This document shows, piece after piece, positions 56,607-64,000 of a stretch of 64,000 bases of DNA. The notes beneath the pieces were generated by a model. It was not told the DNA's origin, did no database searches, and saw only the letters and a list, made by a program, of their open reading frames with translations. The stretch is from an uncultured Actinomycetes bacterium (GTDB lineage: Bacteria; Actinomycetota; UBA4738; HRBIN12). A program made the translations under genes and the position numbers. Numbering within the stretch: position 1 is the stretch's first letter; the number at the start of each line of letters is the position of its first letter. The DNA lies in NCBI GenBank assembly GCA_963704725.1, contig OY969934.1, positions 1,824,001-1,888,000 of the forward strand, written 5' to 3'.

Positions 56607-59249
56607 GTGACCCCTCGCACGATGGACCCGCCGAAACGACTGTTCCTCCTCGACGGTCACAGCCTCAGCTATCGCGCGTTCTTCGCGCTGCCGACGAGCC
56701 TCGCGACGACGACCGGGCAGGTGACGAACGCCGTCTACGGGTTCACGTCGATGCTGATCAAGCTCCTCGCGGAGGAGCGGCCCGATCTCATCGCCGTCGC
56801 GTTCGACGTGGGCAAGCCGACCGCGCGGCTGGAACGGTACGCCGAGTACAAGGCCGGCCGCCCCGAGACGCCGGACGAGTTCCGGCAGCAGCTGGGCCTG
56901 ATCGTGGAGGTGCTCGAGACCCTGCGGATCCCGGTGATCGGGATCGAGGGACACGAGGCGGACGACGCGATCGGGACGCTCGCGGTCCAGGCCCACGGAC
57001 AGGGCATCGACGTCGTCATCGTGACGGCCGACCGAGACTTCTTCCAGCTCGTCCGGCCCGGCATCACGGTGATGTTCAACGTCAAGGGTATCTCCGACAT
57101 CCGGCGGTACGACGTGCAGGCGGTGACGGAGCGATTCGGGCTCCCGCCGGAGAAGTACCTCGAATACGTCGCGCTCAAGGGCGACGCGTCGGACAACATC
57201 CCCGGCGTCCCCGGCGTCGGGGAGAAGACCGCGTCCAAGCTCGTCCAGGACTTCGGGTCGGTCGAAGAGCTCCTGCGCCGCACCGACGAGCTCAAGGGCA
57301 AGCTGAAGGACTCCATCGAGGCGGCGGGGGAGCAGCTCGCGCTCAACAAGGAGCTCGCCCAGCTCAAGCTCGACGTCGAGCTCCCGGTGCGCCCCGAGGA
57401 CTGCGTGATGGGGGAGTGGGACGTCGAGGCCGTCCGGCGCCTGTTCACGTCGCTCGAGTTCCGCACCCTGTTCGAGCGGCTGGAGGAGGTCGGTCGGAGC
57501 GCCAAGCCGGCCGTCGAGGTGGCCGAGCTCGACCTGCGGGAGGCGGCCGTCCCGGAGGTCGCGGCGCTGCTCGAGGCCGACACGCCGAAGGCGCTCCGCA
57601 TCGACGCCGACGGCGGGCGGATCGTGGGCCTGGCGGTCTCGGTCGGCGGCGGGCAGGCGGCGTACGCGCCCGTCAAGAAGGCGTCGGACGTCGCGAAGAC
57701 TCTGGCCGGCCCGGCGCCGAAGTGGACCCACGACGCCAAGGACACCGAGACGGCCGCGCTCGCGGCGGGGGGGAGTCTCGGCGGGGTTGCCTTCGACACG
57801 ATGCTGGCCGGGTACCTGCTCGACCCGGCGGCCCCGAGCTTCGCCCTCGGGGTCCTGTGCGAGACCTACCTCGGGACCGACGTCCTCGGCTCGACGGTCG
57901 AGGAGACCGAGGGCCAGCTCTTCGGCGAGGCGTGGCGTCCCTGGGCGGCGGAGGCGGCCGCCGTGGCCCTGCTGGCTCCGGTGATCGCCGAGCGGGTGGA
58001 GAAGGCGGGGCTGCGCCATCTTCTCGACGACGTCGAGCTGCCGCTGTCCTCGGTCCTGGCGCGCATGCAGGCCGCGGGGGTCGCCCTCGACGTCGAGTAC
58101 CTCGACGAGATGGCCGAGGGCGTCCGGGACAAGATGGCGACGCTCCGCGAGGAGATCTACCGCCACGCCGGCGAGGAGTTCAACCTCAACTCCCCGCCGC
58201 AGCTCCGGACGATCCTGTACGAGAAGCTCCGGCTCTCGCCGGGCAAGAAGACCTCGAAGGGCCAGCTCTCCACGGACGCCTCGGTGCTCGAGAAGCTCCG
58301 CGACGCCCATCCCATCGTCGACGCCCTGCTGTCGTGGCGCGAGCTCGACAAGCTGAACTCCACCTACCTGGAGGCCCTGCCGCGTCAGGTCGATCCGCGC
58401 GACGGGCGGGTGCACACGACGTTCAACCAGACCGGCGCCGCCACGGGACGGCTGTCGAGCTCCAACCCCAACCTCCAGAACATCCCCGTTCGCGGGGAGC
58501 TCGGCCGCCAGATCCGCCGCGCGTTCGTGCCGGGGGCGAAGGACCAGGTGCTCCTCGTCGCCGACTACTCGCAGATCGAGCTCCGGATCCTGGCGCACCT
58601 CGCAGGGGACGAGGGATTGAAGGCGGCGTTCGAGTCGGGGGTGGACATCCACACGGCGACCTCGGCGAGGGTGTTCGGGCTGCCGGAGGACCAGGTCGAC
58701 CCGGCCACGCGCTCCCGGGCCAAGGCGATCAACTACGGGCTGGCCTACGGGATGAACGCGTGGGGCCTCGCCTCGCGCCTGGAGATCACGCCGGACGAGG
58801 CGCAGGAGTTCATCGACGCGTACTTCGCGAGCTTCCCGCAGATCCGCGACTTCCTCGACCGACAGGTGGCCCGGGCCGCCGCCGAGGGTTTCACCGAGAC
58901 CCTCCTCGGCCGCCGTCGCTACATCCCCGAGCTCCAGGCGGCCAATCCAAGGGTTCGCGACATGGGCCGGCGGATGGCGCTCAACGCGCCGATCCAGGGG
59001 AGCGCGGCCGACGTGTTCAAGCTCGGCATGCTCCGGGTGGACGAGGCGCTCCGAGGGTCCACGCTCGGGTGCCGGATGCTGCTCACGGTGCACGACGAGC
59101 TCGTCTTCGAGGTGGACGGGAGGGATCTGGCGGAGGCCTCCGCCCTGGTGAAGCGCGAGATGGAGTCGGCGTACGACCTCGACGTACCCCTCCGCGCGGA
59201 CCTCGGATCCGGCCCCAACTGGGCCGAGGCCGTCCCGGCGGGCCACTAG
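56607..59249 (+). CDS. polA: DNA polymerase I
   Basis: LLDGHSL.YRAFFA, EADD, TGRLSS..PNLQNIP, DYSQIELR, AKAINYG, VHDEL; likely leaderless GTG after TAGGAT (alternative ATG 56622). Confidence 0.97.
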   Translation: MTPRTMDPPKRLFLLDGHSLSYRAFFALPTSLATTTGQVTNAVYGFTSMLIKLLAEERPDLIAVAFDVGKPTARLERYAEYKAGRPETPDEFRQQLGLIVEVLETLRIPVIGIEGHEADDAIGTLAVQAHGQGIDVVIVTADRDFFQLVRPGITVMFNVKGISDIRRYDVQAVTERFGLPPEKYLEYVALKGDASDNIPGVPGVGEKTASKLVQDFGSVEELLRRTDELKGKLKDSIEAAGEQLALNKELAQLKLDVELPVRPEDCVMGEWDVEAVRRLFTSLEFRTLFERLEEVGRSAKPAVEVAELDLREAAVPEVAALLEADTPKALRIDADGGRIVGLAVSVGGGQAAYAPVKKASDVAKTLAGPAPKWTHDAKDTETAALAAGGSLGGVAFDTMLAGYLLDPAAPSFALGVLCETYLGTDVLGSTVEETEGQLFGEAWRPWAAEAAAVALLAPVIAERVEKAGLRHLLDDVELPLSSVLARMQAAGVALDVEYLDEMAEGVRDKMATLREEIYRHAGEEFNLNSPPQLRTILYEKLRLSPGKKTSKGQLSTDASVLEKLRDAHPIVDALLSWRELDKLNSTYLEALPRQVDPRDGRVHTTFNQTGAATGRLSSSNPNLQNIPVRGELGRQIRRAFVPGAKDQVLLVADYSQIELRILAHLAGDEGLKAAFESGVDIHTATSARVFGLPEDQVDPATRSRAKAINYGLAYGMNAWGLASRLEITPDEAQEFIDAYFASFPQIRDFLDRQVARAAAEGFTETLLGRRRYIPELQAANPRVRDMGRRMALNAPIQGSAADVFKLGMLRVDEALRGSTLGCRMLLTVHDELVFEVDGRDLAEASALVKREMESAYDLDVPLRADLGSGPNWAEAVPAGH

Positions 59250-59465
59250 GACTCGATCTCCGACCCAGGCGGAGAGAGGATCGGACCATAGGGATGGCAC
59301 GGCCTGAAGGGCTCCGTCAAGGCGTTACTCGGCCGCCGCCTCCTGACCGGGGGTGTGGCGACGGACTCCTGGTGGTCCGGTCTGTCGCCGCTTGCATGAC
59401 TGAGCTGGCCGATGCCGGGTCGCCGGCGCCCTGATCGTCGTCGTCGCCGGGCGTGCCGGATTCGC

Positions 59466-59504
59466 TGTCAGACCCATGCGCTACGCTATCGAACGTACGT
59501 TCGG
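59466..59504 (+). promoter_or_regulatory. RecA-NDp/PafBC-type promoter plus LexA (SOS) box
   Basis: TGTCAG (59466-59471)-N10-TACGCT (59482-59487), then TCGAACGTACGTTCGG (59489-59504). Confidence 0.8.
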
Positions 59505-59535
59505 GAAGGGGAAACAGGGGGAAGGGGGAAACCAA

Positions 59536-60725
59536 CTGAGCGAGCTTCGCTCCGCGATCGGCGTGTGGCAGTCGGAGATCTTGGCCGAGCTGCCCGATGC
59601 CGTGATCGAGGAGGACTTCGCGGATCTGCACCGTGTGAGCGAGCTCGTGGAGTCCGAGCGGCTTCGTCGTCTGGCGGAGCTCGAACGCCGAGGTGTCCAC
59701 GAGCGAGACGGCCACGTCTCGGTCGTGAGCTGGCTCGCCTCGCGCTTCAAGGTCGCCTGGGGAGCGGCACGAGACAGCGTTCGGGTGGCTCGCTCGCTCG
59801 AGCACATGCCTGTCGTCCGTCGTGCTCTCGAAGACGGTGAGCTCTCGCTCTCGGCCGTGCGCGCCCTTGCCCAGGCTCGGGAGGTCGAGCCCGAGGCCTT
59901 CGCTCGGTCGGAGTCCACGCTCGTCGAAGCCGCCGGGGTGCACTCGGTTGGGGATCTGCACCGCGTGCTCGCCACTGGCGGGTGCTTGCCGAGTCCCAGC
60001 GTCGGGGCGACCCCGAGGCGCGGGCCCACGTCCGACGGCGCCTGCACGCCTTGCGGACCTTCCTCGGCATGGTCAGAGGCGACTTCGAGCTCGAATCGGA
60101 CGGTGGGGAGACGGTGCTCACGGCCGTTTCGGCCGTGGTCGATGCTGATGCCCGTTCAGGGACAAACGACGACCGCACGTCGGCCCAGCGCCGTGCCGAC
60201 GCGCTGGTAGAGATCTGCCGGCAGTTCCTCGACCGCTCCGACCGGCCGAGTGTGGGTGGTGAGCGTCCCCACGTGACGGCGACCGTGCCGGTGGAAGTGC
60301 TCGCGGCAGGCTCGGCGGGGCCGGCGGAGCTGGATCAGCTCGGACCGGTGTCCGCCGAGATCGCCCGGCGACTCGCCTGTGACGGCTCGCTGAGGCGGAT
60401 CGTGCTGTCCGCGCGCTCGGAGCCGCTCGATGTGGGAAGGCGTACCCCGACGGTGCCGCCTGCGCTTCGGCGGGCGGTGATCGCCCGGGTTCGTCACTGC
60501 CGGTTCGGGGACTGCGACCGACCTTCCTCGTGGTGCGACGTCCACCATGTGGTGCCGTGGTCCGAGGGCGGGCCGACCTCCCTTGCCAACCTTGTCCTGC
60601 TCTGCCGGCGGCACCACCGGGCGGTGCACCCGCCCGGACGGTTCCGACTGGTGACGGTGGCCGGACGGCCGACGGTGTTCCGGCCGGATGGGACGGTGCT
60701 GGAGCAATCGGGCAGGCCGCCCTAG
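59536..60725 (+). pseudogene. DUF222-HNH (REP13E12-like) element, frameshifted at ~59973
   Basis: AQRRADALVEIC, RPHV, ARRLACD, PLDVGR, CRF..C..WCDVHHV.PW..GGPT..NLVLLCRRHH; two ORFs joined by a 1-nt deletion; CTG at the expected start. Confidence 0.85.
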
Positions 60726-60834
60726 CCATTTGACGGTGTTTCCGCAGGTCAACTACCATCCCTGAGCCGCGGGGGCAGTTTCGCGCCCGGCGAAATCCCA
60801 AGACGCCGGGAGCGCGCCTGCGCGGTGGAAGGAG

Positions 60835-62268
60835 ATGGTCCGGATCGACACGACGACGAGTGAGACGAAGGCCGCGCCCGAGCGCGACCTGACGCCGGAG
60901 GAGCTGCGCGAGGCGATCGAGTCCTCGCTGCGCGACTTCAAGGAAGGGGACATCGTCGAGGGGGAGATCGTGAAGATCGACCGCGACGAGGTCCTGCTGG
61001 ACATCGGCTACAAGTCCGAGGGGGTCATCCCCGCCAAGGAGCTCTCGATCCGCCACGACGTCGACCCCAACGAGGTCGTCAAGGTGGGCGACCACGTCGA
61101 GGCCCTCGTCCTGCAGAAGGAGGACAAGGAGGGCCGGCTGATCCTGTCGAAGAAGCGCGCGCAGTACGAGCGCGCGTGGGGCAGGATCGAGGAGGTCATG
61201 ACCTCGGGCGGGACGATCAAGGGCCCCGTGATCGAGGTCGTCAAGGGCGGGCTGATCCTGGACATCGGCCTGCGGGGGTTCCTCCCCGCCTCGCTCGTGG
61301 ACCTCCGGCGGGTCCGGGACCTCCACCCGTTCGTGGGCACCGAGCTCGAGGCCAAGATCATCGAGCTCGACCGCAACCGCAATAACGTCGTGCTCTCGCG
61401 CCGCGCCTTCCTGGAGGAGTCGCAGAGCGAGGGTCGCAAGAAGTTCCTGGAGTCGCTCCAGAAGGGCGAGCGCCGCAAGGGCTCGGTCTCCTCGATCGTG
61501 AACTTCGGCGCGTTCGTCGACCTCGGCGGCGTCGACGGCCTTGTCCACGTCTCCGAGCTGTCGTGGAAGCACGTCGACCACCCCAGCGAGGTCGTGGCGG
61601 TCGGCCAGGATGTCGAGGTCGAGGTGCTCGACGTCGACCTGGAGCGTGAGCGCGTCTCGCTCAGCCTGAAGGCCACCCAGGAGGACCCCTGGAAGGAGTT
61701 CGAGCGCAAGTACTCGGCCGGCGAGATCATCGACGGCCAGGTCACCAAGCTCGTCCCGTTCGGCGCGTTCGTCCGGGTGGCGCAGGGCATCGAGGGCCTC
61801 GTCCACATCTCAGAGATCAGCGACCAGCACATCGACTCTCCGGAGTCGGTGCTCTCGGTCGGCGACCAGGTGCGGGTGAAGGTGATCGAGGTGGACGTGC
61901 CGCGCCGGCGCATCAGCCTGTCCATGAGGCAGGTGGGCGGGGCGCTTCCCACCCCCAAGGAGACGGAGATCCAGGAGGAGGAGGCTCCCGCCGTGGTGGC
62001 CGAGGCGGCCTCGGTTCCAGCCTCCACAGCGCAGCGGGACCAGGAGCCCGCCGTTGCCGTTCCGGCCGAGGCCGCTACCGCCGGGGGCGCAGAGTCGGCT
62101 TCCGCCGAGGCCGCCCCGGCCGTCGCGACCGAGGCGCCGGTCGAGGCACCGGCCGAGGTGCCCGCTCCGGCCGAGGTGCCCGCTGAACCGGCGGCGGAGG
62201 AGGAAGAGGACATCAGCCTCGAGGCGATCCTGGAGGATCTGAAGCGGCGCGAGGGGCGGTCGGAGTAG
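60835..62268 (+). CDS. rpsA: 30S ribosomal protein S1
   Basis: Four S1 repeats (DIGYKSEGVIP, GFLPASL, DGLVHVSEL, EGLVHISE); Ala/Glu/Pro tail. Confidence 0.97.
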   Translation: MVRIDTTTSETKAAPERDLTPEELREAIESSLRDFKEGDIVEGEIVKIDRDEVLLDIGYKSEGVIPAKELSIRHDVDPNEVVKVGDHVEALVLQKEDKEGRLILSKKRAQYERAWGRIEEVMTSGGTIKGPVIEVVKGGLILDIGLRGFLPASLVDLRRVRDLHPFVGTELEAKIIELDRNRNNVVLSRRAFLEESQSEGRKKFLESLQKGERRKGSVSSIVNFGAFVDLGGVDGLVHVSELSWKHVDHPSEVVAVGQDVEVEVLDVDLERERVSLSLKATQEDPWKEFERKYSAGEIIDGQVTKLVPFGAFVRVAQGIEGLVHISEISDQHIDSPESVLSVGDQVRVKVIEVDVPRRRISLSMRQVGGALPTPKETEIQEEEAPAVVAEAASVPASTAQRDQEPAVAVPAEAATAGGAESASAEAAPAVATEAPVEAPAEVPAPAEVPAEPAAEEEEDISLEAILEDLKRREGRSE

Positions 62269-62272
62269 GGCG

Positions 62273-62881
62273 GTGCTGCTCGTCGGGCTGACGGGCGGGA
62301 TCGGGTCGGGCAAGTCGACCGTCTCGCGGATGCTGCAGGAGCGCGGGGGCGTGGTGTTCGACGCGGACGTGCTCGCGCGGGAGGCGGTCGAGCCGGGGAC
62401 GCCCGGGCACGACGCGGTCGTCGAGCGGTTCGGGGCGGCCGTGCTCGGGCCCGGGGGGGCGGTGGACCGGGAGGCGCTCGCGAGCATCGTGTTCGCGGAT
62501 CGGGCGGCGCGGCGGGATCTCGAGGCGATCGTGCATCCCGAGGTCCGGCGGCTGTTCGCGCAGGGATGCGAGGTCTACCGCGACACCGACCGGGTGGTCG
62601 TCCTCAGCGCGCCGCTGCTCGTCGAGACGGGCATGCACACCGCGTTCCAGGTCCTCGTGCTCGTCTCGTCGCCGGTGGACACGCAGGTCGAACGCCTGCT
62701 GCGCGATCGCGGGATGTCGGAGCCCGAGGCGCGGGCCCGGATCTCGGCGCAGGCGCCGCTCGAGGACAAGGAGGCCGTCGCGGACGTCATCGTCGACAAC
62801 GACGGCCCGTTGGACGAACTCGAGCGGCAGGTCGACCGGCTCTGGGAAGAGCTTCGGGCCCGGGCCGGATCGCCGGTCTGA
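62273..62881 (+). CDS. coaE: Dephospho-CoA kinase
   Basis: GLTGGIGSGKSTV, DADVLAR, LEAIVHP, PLLVE. Confidence 0.95.
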   Translation: MLLVGLTGGIGSGKSTVSRMLQERGGVVFDADVLAREAVEPGTPGHDAVVERFGAAVLGPGGAVDREALASIVFADRAARRDLEAIVHPEVRRLFAQGCEVYRDTDRVVVLSAPLLVETGMHTAFQVLVLVSSPVDTQVERLLRDRGMSEPEARARISAQAPLEDKEAVADVIVDNDGPLDELERQVDRLWEELRARAGSPV

Positions 62882-62918
62882 CCCGGCTTCCACCTCCGGC
62901 TGGCTATCCTTGCGGCCG

Positions 62919-63626
62919 ATGCCGTACGCCGCGGTGTTCTTCGACGCCGGAGAGACGCTGGTCCATCCCCACCCGACGTTCCCCGACCTGTTCGCCTCGA
63001 TCCTTCGGCGCGAGGGGCACGACGTCGATCCCGAGACGATCCGCGACCGGGTCCACGTGGTCTCGGACCGGTTCAAGGCTGCCGCCGAGACCAACGAGCT
63101 GTGGACGACCTCGCCGGAGAAGTCGAGGCGGTTCTGGCACGACGTCTACGCGATCTTCCTGCGGGACCTGGGGATCGACGGGAACGGGCTCGTCGACACG
63201 GTCTATCGCGAGTTCACCGACATGGCGAACTACGCGCTGTTCGACGACGTGCCCCCGGTGCTCGACCGGCTCCGGGCGGCGGGCATCCGGCTCGGCGTGG
63301 TCTCGAACTTCGAGGAGTGGCTCGAGGGCCTGCTCGAGCACCTCGGCGTGCGCTCGTACTTCGACGTCCGCGTGATCTCCGGCGTCGAGGGCCTGGAGAA
63401 GCCGGACCCCCGGATCTTCGAGCTGGCCATGGAGCGAGCGGGCGTCGAGGCCGTGGCCTCGGTGTACGTCGGCGACAGCCCCGAGTTCGACGTGGAGCCT
63501 GCCCTGGCGCTGGGCATGTTCCCGGTGCTGGTCGATCGCCGCGACCGGTTCCCCGACGCCGTCGTCGCCAGGATCACGTCGATGGCGGACCTGCCGGCCG
63601 TCCTCGGGCTGGACCGCGATGGCTGA
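62919..63626 (+). CDS. HAD-IA family hydrolase
   Basis: FFDAGETL, VVSN, EKPDPRIF, YVGDS..DV. Confidence 0.9.
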   Translation: MPYAAVFFDAGETLVHPHPTFPDLFASILRREGHDVDPETIRDRVHVVSDRFKAAAETNELWTTSPEKSRRFWHDVYAIFLRDLGIDGNGLVDTVYREFTDMANYALFDDVPPVLDRLRAAGIRLGVVSNFEEWLEGLLEHLGVRSYFDVRVISGVEGLEKPDPRIFELAMERAGVEAVASVYVGDSPEFDVEPALALGMFPVLVDRRDRFPDAVVARITSMADLPAVLGLDRDG

Positions 63627-63990
63627 GGAGCGGATCTACTCGGTCGAGGAGGCCAACGCCATGCTCCCGGACCTCCGCGAGCGGCTGGCGCTGATCCGCG
63701 AGGCGCGCCAGTCGATGCTCCGGGGCGCGGAGCTGGTGAAGGAGCGGATCGCGACCGACGGCGGTGGGACCTCAGGGGGCGAGTACTGGCGGGCGCAGCG
63801 GACGCTCCGGTCCGAGATCGAGCGCCTGGCCGAGGAGAACATCGTGCTCCGCGACCCCGAGACCGGTCTCGTGGACTTCCCGGGCGAGCGCGAGGGCCGT
63901 CGCGTGTGGCTGTGCTGGCGGCTCGGGGAGGACGCCGTGGCCCACTGGCACGACCTCGACGCCGGGGTCATCGGGCGGCAGCCGCTGTGA
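63619..63990 (+). CDS. DUF2203 family protein
   Basis: YSVEEANAMLP, LRDPETGLVDFP, LCWRLGE..WH. Confidence 0.85.
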   Translation: MAEERIYSVEEANAMLPDLRERLALIREARQSMLRGAELVKERIATDGGGTSGGEYWRAQRTLRSEIERLAEENIVLRDPETGLVDFPGEREGRRVWLCWRLGEDAVAHWHDLDAGVIGRQPL

Positions 63991-64000
63991 GCCGCGTCGT

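Noticed and set aside
59294-59434. 46-aa ORF between polA and the DUF222 element
   Set aside because: No recognisable features, weak SD and atypical codon usage; unsupported.
1-64000. Many long overlapping ORFs, e.g. 4898-7519 +, 11636-14257 -, 28750-31692 -, 35143-38145 +, 56522-59434 +, 56598-59300 -
   Set aside because: Shadow frames expected at very high GC; Arg/Gly/Pro-rich or antisense to recognisable genes, with no motifs.

Overview
A very GC-rich chromosomal window from an Actinomycetota genome, probably a deep-branching lineage (inferred from murB inside the dcw cluster, a long-Stem-I ileS T-box, a DksA/TraR gene and the absence of ftsA). The backbone is housekeeping: dnaE2-dinB, DUF3040, a MerR regulator, MoxR/DUF58/transglutaminase, HNH, the dcw cluster (mraZ to divIVA), ileS with T-box, lspA-rluD, a RecB-like nuclease, dnaE1, priA-like-trpCBA, two amino-acid ABC systems, tRNA-Leu(CAA), polA, rpsA and coaE. 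The unexplained structure is as follows. (1) Related palindromic elements with different arms but a shared loop core sit in frame inside dnaE2, with a related motif in ftsL. (2) Two free-standing rod-like sRNA candidates with their own promoters (56236-56384 and 9571-9677). (3) Two frameshifted nuclease genes, an HTH-LAGLIDADG-like ORF abutting tRNA-Leu and a DUF222-HNH element, each behind a TGTCAG-N10-TANNNT (PafBC/RecA-NDp-type) DNA-damage promoter. (4) A PriA homologue whose substitutions predict TrpF-only activity. (5) A 38-aa membrane microprotein inside the dcw operon that the ORF track misses. All functional calls come from recalled motifs and synteny; no database search was run.
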